From the human T2T-CHM13v2.0 reference genome, Homo sapiens: a stretch of 64,000 nucleotides of DNA. A program made the position numbers and the translations under genes. Below are positions 1 through 14,063 of this stretch, piece after piece (the stretch's first letter is position 1; every line of letters begins with the position of its first letter). Under the pieces are notes generated by a model. It was not told the DNA's origin and made no database searches. It saw only the letters and a list, made by a program, of their open reading frames with translations. The stretch is from NCBI RefSeq assembly GCF_009914755.1, contig NC_060935.1; one strand, written 5' to 3'.

Positions 1-78
1 TCAGTGAAAAATGGACTTTGGAGGAAGGAGCCTGGTTATCCCATGCTGGAATTCATCATTTTGCCAGCACCAGAGCGG
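1..78 (+). CDS. 3' part of a candidate far-upstream AMOTL1 exon (...SEKWTLEEGAWLSHAGIHHFASTRA)
   Basis: CGG|GTAAGG donor at 78/79. The frame starting at position 3 is open and ends in phase 1, compatible with the 11958 acceptor. The exon start lies outside the window. Confidence 0.4.
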
Positions 79-196
79 GTAAGGCCGTTTTTGATGTCCC
101 TGATAGCATGGTACTCTTCAGCTTCTGCACCTCATTATGTCAATCCACTGTACTCAGTACGTGCCCACGCTGTTTGTCTTTTCAAAAGCAGCTGAG

Positions 197-390
197 TGGA
201 GAGGAGAGGGAATGGACTTTGAAGTCAGACAGACCTGGGTTCAGATACCGAATTCACTATTTACAAGTTTTATGGCCTTGAGAAAATCTGTCATTCCCTG
301 GGCTCTAACATGAGAGTAAGAATGCCCACTTCGCAGTGTTATGATGAGGACCATCAGCTGTCATGTAATGAGCTCTTGCCCTGGCCAGGT
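197..390 (+). mobile_element. MIR
   Basis: GGACTTTGAAGTCAGACAGACCTGGGTTCAGAT MIR head plus core remnants. Many similar MIRs occur at about 2600-2820, 4010-4210, 8440-8660, 16600-16790, 21900-22085, 24490-24720, 24980-25190, 28230-28500, 35830-36030, 37275-37530, 44910-45128, 49420-49670, 51680-51880, 54125-54350 and 56310-56500. Confidence 0.7.
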
Positions 391-1179
391 GGGAAGCTAG
401 TCAGACATCTTTGAGCACCTAACATGTGTTAGGCACTCTGTTCCTGTTTTGCTCATTTCTCCTCTCAGCAGCCTGTAAACATTCAAGTTGAGGATAAAGC
501 AACCAATATAAACAGAGTAGGCCAGCTCTTTCCCTTCTTTATGATTATCCAATTAATGTGACTCAGCATTAAATGATGGAGATATTGTTACTTTCCTGGA
601 GCAGAGCATACAAATATAAGAACCATACCCTGACACAGAGCTGTGGTCCTCTGTCAGGTCTAAGAGTCCGCTCCCTCCTCCATCCCTCAAATCTGATAGA
701 GACCTACTTTGATGGTAGGAGCCATTCTATAGATGGACGATGAAAGGTTGTTGAGGTTAATGCACTCACAGATGTTTTCACAAGGATATGTCTCCCATTT
801 GTTTGTTGTTTATTCATTTATTCAACAAATATTATTGAGTATCTATTTTATGCCAAGCACTAGTAATACAAGAACGAGAGCAAGATAGACATAGAGAACA
901 GCAGACTATACTCTCTGATGTGCCCACCTCTAAAACAGGGTAACTTATATGGCAACAAACATTTGCAGACCTTCTGCACTACACCAGGGTATGTCTTCCA
1001 ACCAAGACTGCTGCACACAATGAGATAGTCGCCAAAGGGAAGACAGGAAGCTTTGAGAGAGGAAATTTGGATGCATTCCACCCAAAAACCAACTGTCATT
1101 TGTTCCTGTGCACTGTCATACTGTCATTCCAGCCTCTTTTTAGAAGTTCTTAAGCCAGCATCTCTTCACACCCCATGGA

Positions 1180-1720
1180 AAAAAACTAAACCTCCCTAGT
1201 TCAACACACAGCCCTTCCAGATCTGACCTCTGCCTGCCCCTCTAGATTCATCTCCTGCTGCCCATCACTAATAGCAACCCCCTCCTTCTCACTGTATCAG
1301 CCTCTTCCTGGATCCCTGAATACATCCTGCCCTCACATGCCTGTGAACCTTTGCAAAGGCTGCTATTATCATCTCTCTTCCACTTGGCCAGTTCCTACTC
1401 ATCTTTGAAGCTTCTGCTTAAGTCATCTGTTCTGGGATCTCTTCCTGCCACCACCTCCTACCAACCCCCATCCTGGTCTGAAGGAGAGTCTCTCCTCCCT
1501 CCTCAGTGCTGCCATAGCCTCTGCAGATTCCCATGTCACAGCACGTATCATCACACTGTATTGTGCTTGCCTGAATCCTGAACAGCCTGTGTGCTTCTTG
1601 AGACAGATGCCTTGTTTTATTCATCTTTGTACCCCTTTCACTGTTGCATGGCAAATTCATGGTGTATATTTGATGGCTGGCTGGCTGTGTGGCTGGATGA
1701 ATGAATGAATGAATGAATGA
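1180..1720 (+). mobile_element. L2 3' end with (TGAA)n tail
   Basis: Typical L2 3' text ending GAATGAATGAATGAATGA at about 1698-1720. Confidence 0.7.
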
Positions 1721-4700
1721 CAGTTGGGACCACATCCTCTGAATATCTCTGCCTTCATTGAAAACCTTTTTTGGCTGTGGGAACCTATCTGATTATACAA
1801 CTGCTTCTGGCACCACCACATCACTTCACCTTGCTTTCAGCACACCTATAGCATTTGATTCAATGACCCTAGGCTTGTTACCAAAGCCTAAAGGCAGAGG
1901 AGAGAAAGAAAGTGTGGTTTTCCCACTGATGCTTGGTGCTTTTGTAACCTAGGCAATAGAATCATCCACCAGAGAATTTTAGAACTGAAAGAAGCCTTAG
2001 GGATCACTGTAACAAAGGGGTGGCTAAAAACTCCATACTGTGACCATCTCCAAGCTCTGTCTTATCCTTCTGTGAGTTTACCATGTCATCTATCTGCAAT
2101 CTTTGGGGCAAGGCTGGAACATAGGAAGGGAAGCCAGACCTGTGTCTAGGTTTGCCTAAAGAGAAGGTACTGCTTTTGGGTAAGTGACGAGCTTCTGGGG
2201 CTGAGGGAAAAGCTTAGTTCTGGTAGGCAACAGATACCATAATATCTGGTTCCAGTTCAGATAATCAGTCTATATCCTGCAAATATGAAGGCATCCAAGA
2301 CAAAGCAGGGCAGTGTTGTGGTGAAGTGGGTGAAGCACAGTCACCCACTGTCAGTGGGTGAAGCACAGACACAAGGAATCAGTGTGGCTGAAATCTGTAA
2401 ATCCTTGTGGGCAGCTGATACTAAGGTGGTTCTCAGAGGCCTGGGATGAGATCCAAGAAAGGTGCAGGTCCTCAGAGGACAGAGTCAGGTGCCAAAATGA
2501 GAACCTCGTGAGGTGTTGAAGTAGGATGAGGATACTGGCACTCGGAGAGGAAGTGTAATGTGCCAGAGCTAAGTCAGAAATGGACGAATTATAGAAAAAT
2601 ATTTTAACCATTTATTAGATATATAATATTGCCAGATGTTACACTAAGCCTTTTTTGTATAGATATAGACTATCTCAATTAATTCTCACAACAGCTTTAT
2701 TCTGAGTTCATGAATGAAAAAATTGGCCTGAAGAGGCTGAGAAACTTGTACGACATCATTCAGCTCACAAATGGCAGAGCTGGAATTTAAACTGAGATCA
2801 GTCCAATCCTAGCCACCATAGGCTTCTGTCCCTCCAATTCCCTCTCCAACACTCCCTACTCTGCCTTCACAGCTTAAGGCTCTGGTGGTCCATTTACAAA
2901 CTTGTATTGCTGGTTATTTGCTTGTCACAGTTAAAATGAAAACTAGCCCTGAGCAGGGCCAGAAAATAAACAGTGCTGTTGTAACATGTGCATTCTCATC
3001 CAAGCTCACAGCAGGGCTCTCCCCTACAGCCATCTCAGCTCATGCATAGCCAAGGCCTTGACCCACCTGCTTCAAAGCATCTTTCCTCGACACTCCATTT
3101 CCCTACCTCACCTCTCCCCACCACTGGCTAGTGCCAGCTATTCTATCTCTGAGGCTCAATATGGGCTGGTGGGGTTTGCATTTCTAGTGGAGTACCAGAG
3201 AAAGCCCTGGAGTGTCCAAACCTTGGGGTTTTGTTGTTGGCTTCCTGCAGTCCACAGAGAATTGCATTATCTTCCAGGGAGTCTCTGTCATCCTGTTGAG
3301 TCATAGGCCTTGAGGCAGATCCACACAACATCTGCCCTTCTATTATCCTCAGAGCATCTCGGGCTGCAATTGGGTAGGAGAGCTTCCAGGAAGCTAGCTG
3401 TGAACCCAGGATGTTTGGGGGTGATAAGGAGTTTCTGAAGGAAAGTCCCTCTTCCACTCCTGCTTCTGACACTCCTAAAAATATTCCCAGTGATCTGGGC
3501 CACTGGGTTTTTAAACTCATTTTAAAGGTCTGGAGCACATTTTCCAAAAGAAATCACATGCAGTCCCTGACATATGAAACAAAAGGGAGACAGTGTTTGG
3601 CCACTGTCGCATTTCTGACTGTTGCATTACAAGTTGATTGGGCTGTTCGGCCACCAGCCATATCAAGTATGTGGGGATTTGGTACGGAAGAGGAGTTCCT
3701 TCTCAGCAAATCTATAAAATATTTCTTCTTCCTCTTATAGATGTGCTCACTCAGCTGTTTGGGAATCCTGCTGTCTGTCATCCATGCTTCCCAGGGAACT
3801 CAACCTGCTTAAGCTCCTCTTTAGGGGAGAGGCAGGAAGTCTGGGAAACACGGCCTGGCAGCGTGGGCCAGGTGCGTCATAGAAATTCAGTGGTACTGTT
3901 CCCATTATGGTTATATAAACAGGAAGGAGCAGATTTCCTTTCTGAAGCCTCTCAGGGTCAGGGAGAGTTTTAACACTGGTCAAGGAGGAAGGAGGCAACT
4001 TTTCCTGACAGCAGTCTGTGTGCCAAACATTGCCATGTACATGATTTCATTGCATTCAAACCCTTATTGAAATCTTGTGAAGTAGTTAGTCTTATCTCCA
4101 TTTTGCAGATGAGAAAACTGAGTCTTGCAAAGGCAAACTAACTAAGCCCAGCTCAGACAGCAGATTCACACTCAGGTCTTCATACTCCAGAGCTGCGTTC
4201 TATCCATTTTATTCCTGTCTGTCAGTTTCTAAGGACAACATTACTCTGCATCTCCACCTTTCTGAGAAGTTTGATCCTTTTTGTCTATTTTTCTTGCGTA
4301 CTCTGTAGTGAACAGATGCATATAATGGAATCCATTATCTGTGATCTCCTACTGGCACTTGTTTCAATTAGTTCCTTAAAGTCTCTCATCTGTTTCAACT
4401 GTCGTTTTACAGAGAAGAGCACAGTATAAGCAGATTAGGACACTTATTAAAGATTAGTGGCAAAAACAGGGCTACAGCAAGGTCTCCTGCTTCTCTTTCT
4501 ACCACCCACACTATGCTGACTGCTAAGGCAATAGCATCTTGGGAAAACCACTTTTCTGTGAAAGAAGAGAAGCCTCTGTGTGGTCCAAGAAGACTCGATT
4601 TGCAGCTCTGAAAGAAGCAATTCCCCCTCAGGCCTCTGCCTTAGATGCTGGGTTGGAAATATAAGATCATGGTCTCTGCATTTCAGCAGAAACTCACATT

Positions 4701-7242
4701 TATCCTACAGATTTTGTTTTTTAATAGTTTAGTCATAGATTTCAATTGCAGCAAATGTTTTTGTCCTTAATCTTAACACTGGGTATTTTGTCTGATTTCA
4801 CTCAATAGATCTGAGTGTAAGTCGGAAGTGTATGATTTTCCTCTGCAGGGACCTTTTCTTGTACGTATTTTTGGAATCGTTCTTTATTCTGACTCATGTC
4901 CAAGTACACCTTCTAGTAGCTTCTTGGCTCAGCCAGATTTTATTTCCTTTGATATGATATTGAGTGAAGATTCTTTTAAATCTTCCTCTCTGGACTATAC
5001 TTGGTAACAGGAATCTGGTGGGGAACGCAGTGCAGGAATGGGACAAATTTAATTTATTTATATATTTCCCAAAACACCTTGCTTTTGTTGATAGCACCTC
5101 CTGCATTGATATTTGGAATTTTTAGAGGACACATTTGGCATTTTTACCAAAATGAACCATTGGCTTCCTGTCAGAGTTAATTTCATTTCATCTCTTGGTC
5201 GCTGGCCTTGAGGCAGATCCATACAACATCTGTATTGTTTCTGCTTAGGATAATGATTTTTTTAGGTGAGATATGGTTAATTATTCTTCCTATGGAGCCC
5301 ACTCCTGTCTTCTGGAAATTACGAAACAAAGTAGTTACCTGAGGCCTGATTTTCATTTAGGGAAAATAAAACAGCTGTGTTTTCTTTTTCCTTTTCATCA
5401 AGTCTTATAAAGAAGTGGAGCTGTGCTAAAAGGAAAGACTATTAAATCCTAGAGAACAAGAAATGCCCATTGGGCCAATTCAGCCTGGGAGCTAATGCTT
5501 CAACCAATCAATTGCAAATTTCATTTTGATGAAACCTTACTGATAGGCATGTGTTTGTCCTATCTGTTGGCTTGTCCTAGGAGGTGCAGATAAGAGACAA
5601 GGATAACAGAAGAGAGTCATGCTGAGCTCAGGCAGCCTTAGCCCCTCTTCCCTCTAAATCAGTCCTGCCCATGCTCCCCTGGGAGAGGAGGGGAGGAGGA
5701 GCGGGTATTGCTTCCCCGCTCTGCTCTGCTGTTAACTAGCAGAGGGCCTCCAGGAGAGAGAAGGCTACCTGCAGAGAAGATGATCAAAGGGCAATACCAG
5801 GAAGGAGAGGAAGGCAGAGAGATGACTCAGCTCAGCTCACTTCTTTCTGTCTTTCATGCTTGAAATTGGTGATTTCCTTGGGGGCTGGGGATGGGAAGGC
5901 CATACACACATCCTAGTGGGCCCTAGCTACTGTCTTAACTTGTTATTATGGCATTTGTGCAGCTCTTTCTTGCAAAGAGAATTAATAGCATCATTTGGCT
6001 GGATAAAGTTTCTCCCCATGTGGCATTTAGCCCCTCACCCATCTCTTGGAGAAAGAAGCATATCTGTGTGAGACTCCGTCTCTTCCTCTTCTGAACACCA
6101 TCAAGTAGCTATGTAACCCCTGGGGGCCCCTTGAGTGAGAACAGCCTGTAAAGGCCCTCCTGTGGTCTGCTCCTCCAAGTAGAGCCTGCAGTCAAAGCAG
6201 ACCCTGCCACCTCTGCAGCAGAGGCTGGGCAGGGGCTTGATGGCATTCCCAGACTGCTACAGGGCAGGTTCCCGGCTTACAGCTGGAGTCCCTGCACACT
6301 AAGCAGAATATCTGTGATGGGCATTGTACCCCCAAAAAAGTATGTAGAGTGTGCTCTTAGCTCTAGAAATGCAGCTAAGATTTCCTTTGATCCTGGCATT
6401 ATGTCCAGTGTTGCTATATAACCATACCTCATTTACTGAGGAACGAGGGAGCTGATTGAGTTTTCCAGATAACTGAAGCGTTATGTGTTACCCTTTAAAC
6501 ACTTAAATTTTGTTTAAGATTTTACTGTTTTCTAATGGTTGATAAGACTTTTCTTCTATGACTTTTTAATATACTTTCTTGCCTTCCTAAACAGAAAACA
6601 GTCATACCCCAGCTTATGTTTGGGAGTGGAGCAAAATTTCATTTAGAAATTTTTGCCTTTAATTTGGAATCCATAATAATAATATCCAACTTGTTTAAAC
6701 AATTCGTATACACATTTGAATATGCCTTAAAAATTCCTACTAGGACACATAAGAAGTTGTGGATGGTTTTTAGTTTGCGGATGGAGATTAGGAGAGGACA
6801 GGAAAGGAGACTTTTATTTTTCAGTTTATACTCATCTATACCAAATGTTTTTTCCTTTACAGCAAACACATTTTATTTGTTTATATTATAAAAATAAAAT
6901 TAAAACATTTACAATAATATAAGGAAAGAAAGAACATTAGAGTTAGGAGTTGGGTTCCCAGGCCAGCTCCCAAAAGCCCATCAACTCACGATATATCATG
7001 GCAATAGTAACAGTGACCATTAGACACCAGGCCCCTGTATAATCTGTTTCTATGGTAAACTTCCTCTTGAGCTCCAGAAATATTTCCACCTTGTCGTTTC
7101 CTCCCCATACGTCCCACCTCTAATAAATATGCTTCCCTAGAAACAGGGGCAGGGACTCCCTCTTGCTGTCTGCTGGGGCCATGGCAGCAGGAGGCCCACC
7201 TGCCACCTGGGATGAAAAGGAGAGCAATCTGGCATGCTCTAG

Positions 7243-7574
<332 letters not shown>

Positions 7575-8779
7575 AGAAAATGAATATTTATTATGTACCT
7601 ATGTGTGCTAGACACTGTGCCTCGTCTGTCTCATACCTTACCTATTTCGCTGCTCCTAACAATCCAGTGAGGTATGTATTATTGTTAGGAAACTGAAAAT
7701 GCCCGCCACCCAATATTCACAGAGCTGAGATGCAAATCCGTAAACTTGTGCACTGTTTATTATAACTCAGTGACACTCCAGCAGAACCATTTCTTTATAA
7801 GAGACCTATAAAAGTCAAGTGTGGGTAGGCACTTTGGACATTGCCCTGAGATTCAATAAGGTCTGTCACGGAATCCCTTATTAGAAGGGCACTGATCATC
7901 TCTGTGTCTGCAGTGCCTTGCACAGCGCTGGAAGCATGGTAAATTCCCAATAAATGTTTGTTTAATTAATATGAAACATTATTGTTGGCTCTATTCTACT
8001 TCCTAAGATAGAAAATTGGAATCATTGACTTTAGAGAATTTTCAACAGCAAATACTGAAACAAGAGAAATGTTTTCTCATTAACCCTCAGTTGATTAGGA
8101 AATTCAAATAACTAAAATGTTGTAAGGATAGTTCCTAGTTTACAAGTCATCCATTTATATGAACAAATTGAAGGCAAGTCCATTGTGAGAACAGTTTGGC
8201 AGGCTCCAGAACCTAATCACCCTGTGGAGCACTGGCAACGCTCTTCATAGGGGTAAACCTGTTGCCAGCTCCAAGTAACCAGCTTTCAAGCCAACTCTTG
8301 GAATGCAAACTAAAAGTTGGAGACAACGAACATTCCTCTAATGTAAACATACTCTGTGGTTAATATCTTCTTTTAGTAACTCAAAATTGTTAAGGGATAA
8401 AAAGAGTCCATTTGTGTCAGCTGTAAAGGAGCATGGCATCCAATAATAACTAATGTTTATTTGACTTTTACAGTGTGACACTCTCTCTCCTAGGGGCTCC
8501 AAGTGCATTAGTTTATTGCACTCTCACCACATTGGTATGCTAGGTATGATTATTATCTCCATGTTTACACAAAGCTAAGGCTGAAAGAAATTAAGTTACT
8601 AGCTAGTATTGGAACAGGTATTAGAACCCAGGTCTGGCTGATCCCAAGGCCTTCTATAGGTCACCTCTCTTGAGACACAAATGTTATTTGCTTGATTCTA
8701 TGGGAAACCAGAGGAGACTGATTCTGCAGACAGCCCATCTGAGCCCATCCACTCATAAGATCAGCAGGTCAAAACCTGC

Positions 8780-10300
<1,521 letters not shown>

Positions 10301-11957
10301 TGGAGTGATGAGTGCAAACCCTCACCCAAACATATTTAATTCCTGGATTTGGGAGCTCAGATTATAAGAAGCAGGAAAAAGAAGAGGTTGGAGAGATAGG
10401 CTCAGAAGCTCAAGAATGCTGCCTTGCTTGGGGAGGACAGCCCCACCCCTGCTTCCCTGGGCTCCCTAAGCAATGCTGGCCGAAGGGGCTTTCTGTCCTT
10501 CATGGTGATTTGTAAACCAAAAACTGACAGTGGAAAAGCCAGAGATGGCTGAGTGTTTACAGGATGAGAGCACATTGGCTCAGATCGGGGCCCTTAGGCT
10601 GCTGCAGCTGGTGCTCTGATCACTTTGAGACAATAGAAGGCCCCCAGGAGGCTGCCCAGACTGTTGACCCTCCAATAGTCCTCCAAGGATGGAGAAAGGA
10701 CAACCATTTCCATACTTGTTCCTTCCTTCCCACTGACCCTGTTATGGGCCATCAGCTGCGGGGCTCTCTCTGGAGCACACCCCAAGTCCAGCACCCTCGC
10801 CCCCTTAATGCAGAGCAGTCACAGTCAGTCCTGGGGGCTGGGGGGAGATACATAACACATCTGTCCAAGTTATCAGGCTACTGACTCAGAGGGGGAGGTT
10901 CTCACAGTGTTACATTAATTATTTTAGAATTTACAGCTCTCAGAGCATAACCATTGCTTCTACATTCTGTATTTGAAAGCAGTCAATCTTTTATAGAGTA
11001 GAAGGAGCACTGCTCTTCTCTCCTCCCCCACTTCTCCCTCACATACCCCTACCATAATGATGTCACGCATAAATTAACAACTTCTCAGCCTCGGTTTCCC
11101 AACCTGTGCAATGCAGCTCATATTACTTTGCCCACTTGAGCCAGGTGATCTCTTGAAGAGTAGGAAATAATGTTGGACTGGAGTTGGAATTCTGGTTCCA
11201 AAAGGAGGGGATTGGGGGGCATTTGGGTCTCCTCCTACCTTTCTGCAAGCTCTGAAAATCGTCCATCTCCTCAGGAGAAGCCCACAGAACAAACGATTTC
11301 CCAAGCATCAGAGGAGGGCAGACATAACATAACAGAGCAGGGAATCGGGTTAGAACGGGTTATGCTCTGATTTTTTGGAAAATGGGCAAACGGGGCGGGG
11401 ACTAGGGAGGATTCCGCCAGCCGGGAGTTGGGAGGCCGCGCGCGCCTCTGCGGAGCGTGACGGCCACGGTCGCCTAGCAACGAGCGGGGATGCGCGGGGC
11501 GCCTGGGTGGGCGAGGGGTGCTCGCCGCCGCCGCCGCGCGCCCTCGGGCCCCCGGGACCGCGGGAAAACTTCGCGGCTCCTCGGCGCTGGGGCGTCGGCG
11601 CCAGGCCCGGCAGACAGAGCAATGCGCCCCGCGGGCTGAGGGCAGAGGATGCGGCCGCGGCCCAGCGCCCGGCCGGGGGAGCCGCGGGGTGGCACGCGGG
11701 GAAAGTTGGCGCGCGCCTGACCGCGCCTGGAAGCCGCGCGGTGCCAGGGCCGAGTTGTCCCCCAAGTTTCTGCGGCGATTTGTCACTCCCTGGGGATCTG
11801 GCGGTCTGAATCCCGCGGGGCCTCCGGCTCAGGGATTCTGAGCGCTGGGAGAGAGAAGCCCGCGCTTTTCCCGGGGACCTGCGCTTGAGCTGGTGCTTGG
11901 CGGGTTCGTCCTGAATGGTAGCGATTCGAGTTGTTTTCTGCTTTTCTTCTCCCCCAG

Positions 11958-12008
11958 ACAGTGAGTTTGTGGAAGCCTCGCCCGCATCCTACAGCCCAGA
12001 CGAGTTAG
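11958..12008 (+). CDS. AMOTL1: 51-nt alternative upstream AMOTL1 exon (DSEFVEASPASYSPDEL-G), phase 1/1
   Basis: Long polypyrimidine tract plus CAG acceptor (11931-11957) and TAG|GTAAGT donor. Length is a multiple of 3 and it is open in the phase-1 frame used by the AMOTL1 exon-1 donor. Confidence 0.65.
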   Translation, partial: TVSLWKPRPHPTAQTS

Positions 12009-12220
12009 GTAAGTCTGCTCATTTTGTCTTTTATTTCTTGGTCGCAATTCTGCCCGAGAACTGCGAGTTTGGGGGGCGTCCATAGGAACTCAGCTAGGGA
12101 TGGGGCTGGGGTTGGAGGGCGGAGGGAAAGGGTCAGGGGACACCTGCTGCCTTCGCGGCCGGAACCGGCCTTTCCTCGGCGCTGTGCTTTCGGGGGTGGC
12201 AGGGCAAGTGTCCAATGAGC

Positions 12221-12285
12221 CGTGCGTGTGTGTGTGTGTGCGTGCGTGTGCGTGTGTGTGTGTGTGAGTGCGTGTGTGTGCGTGT
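12221..12285. repeat. (TG)n/(CG) alternating purine-pyrimidine microsatellite
   Basis: Directly visible; alternation is unbroken from 12221 to 12266. Confidence 0.95.
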
Positions 12286-13699
12286 TCGTCTGGGGCAGTG
12301 GTGCTGCTCCGAGGAGCCTGGCACAGCAAACTTCCAGAGCTGGGGCTTCTGAAACCTGCGCTCATCTTGCCGGGAGGACACAGCGGCGACTGGTTCTGAC
12401 TTGCCAAGTACCTGGCACGAGAAGGACGTCGTGTGGGTCGTCCTTACCCTGAATTTAATGAAGTCAGGGGCTGAAAACGGCGGTGTAATCATTAAACTGT
12501 AAGACCTAGGAGCTGCTTCCCTCCCTGATTTCTATTCCTCAGTTAGCCTGTAGGTGTCTCGAGATAGGACATTCCATCCTCATGCCTGTCATGGTAAGTG
12601 GAGATTTGCGATGGGTGAACCGGGACACTCTTGTCAAGAGACAGGCTGAAGAGAGAGTGAAGAGAAGGAAATGCGAATGGGCAGGATCTCTCTAACTCTT
12701 CCTGCCACCCATTCTCACTCGGTGGCTTAGTGGCTCTCTTTTTTTTTTCTTCTGCTTTCAAGGTTAGTTTAGCTGCTACTGGTCTGGGCTATCAAGTCTC
12801 TCCTTACTGTTCTTTCATCACTAGCCTGAATATCTTGCCTTCCTAAGATGAAATGAAAGGATTTATTTTATGATATATGTTGACAGTAAAGGAGGAGGGG
12901 AACTGTCCACAAACAGCGGTTTAAATATGTTTATCCTCAGTAACACACTCAGCTGTGGCACCCTGTCCCTGGTCAGCTTCTTGTGCTGGGAAGAATGTCC
13001 TCATCAAGTCCCACAGGACCTGAAGCAAAATTCCACCTCAACAACGACTTTCATTCATTTCTAGGAGCCAAGCGCCCAAAATAGATCTGGATCAAGGTTG
13101 GCATTCTGTGGCTGGGAGGAGTACCATGTTTTATTCAGAGGATGTGTTTCTGACAAGTTGCGAGGCAATCACATCTCTATCAGTGGAATTGTAGACTAAA
13201 TGCATGAGCAAAACTAGCTTTTAAGACATACTGTGGTGAATCATTTTATGAAATGAAAGTGACATCTAAACCATAGCTTTTCATGATGTGATTTATTAAG
13301 AGGACAGGTACTCGATGATCTGCTCCACGCATGTATAATTGTATGTTAATGACACCAGCATTGACACTCCACAGTGCGACGAAGCCATTTGGTCCTCTTA
13401 AATTGTACATAAACATAAGCAATGGTAGGATGAGCATTGCTTGCTCTGGGAAATCAGACTGTATAACTACTAAATTGTTTGCCTTCACAGAATGATTTGT
13501 GCTTCAGGAAGGCCCAGGTATTTGACCCTTTTTCATCTCCATATCTCCCTCTGGGACTTACAGACTGGACTGCCCCCATGAGGCACTGATAAATATGAGT
13601 ATCCTTTCAAATTAGCAGTAGAAAATAAAAAACAATGTTTTTTTCTCTTCAGCTCCCCTATGGTAAAAGCCCAGTTTCTCATGAGGAGATTAGAGTGTG

Positions 13700-14063
13700 T
13701 GTCTTAGTCCATTTGTGTTGTTATATCAAAAACAGATTGGGTAGTTTGTAAACAGCAGAAATTTATTTCTCACAAGTTCTGGAGGCTGGGAATTCTAAGA
13801 TCAAGAAACTGGCAGGTTCAGTGTCTGGTGAGGGCCTGCTTCCTGGTTCATAGATGTCTATCTTCTCACTGTGTCCTCAACATGGCAGAAAAGGGCCAGG
13901 GAGCTCTTGCGGTCTCTTTTCTAAGTGCCCTAATCCCTCTGGTGAGAGCTCCACCCTTATGACCTAATCACTTCCCAAAGGCCTCACCTCCAAATACCAT
14001 CACATTGAGGATTAGGTTTCAATACATGAATTTTGAGGGGATATAAATATTCAGTCTATAGCA
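13700..14063 (-). mobile_element. MaLR solo LTR, MLT1A/MLT1A0-like
   Basis: TGTCTTAGTCCATTT...AAATTTATTTCTCACAAGTTCTGGAGGCTGGG...CAGTCTATAGCA. Confidence 0.8.

Larger units (their letters stand above)
11380..12480. promoter_or_regulatory. Upstream CpG island; probable alternative AMOTL1 promoter, possibly bidirectional
   Basis: High CpG density, GC box GGGGCGGGG at 11392-11400, (GCC)4 at about 11524-11535, contains a well-formed exon. Confidence 0.85.

Noticed and set aside
11271-11841. Overlapping 73-171 aa ORFs on both strands in the upstream CpG island (likewise 39258-40582)
   Set aside because: Expected by-product of high GC content; low-complexity translations with no domain signal.
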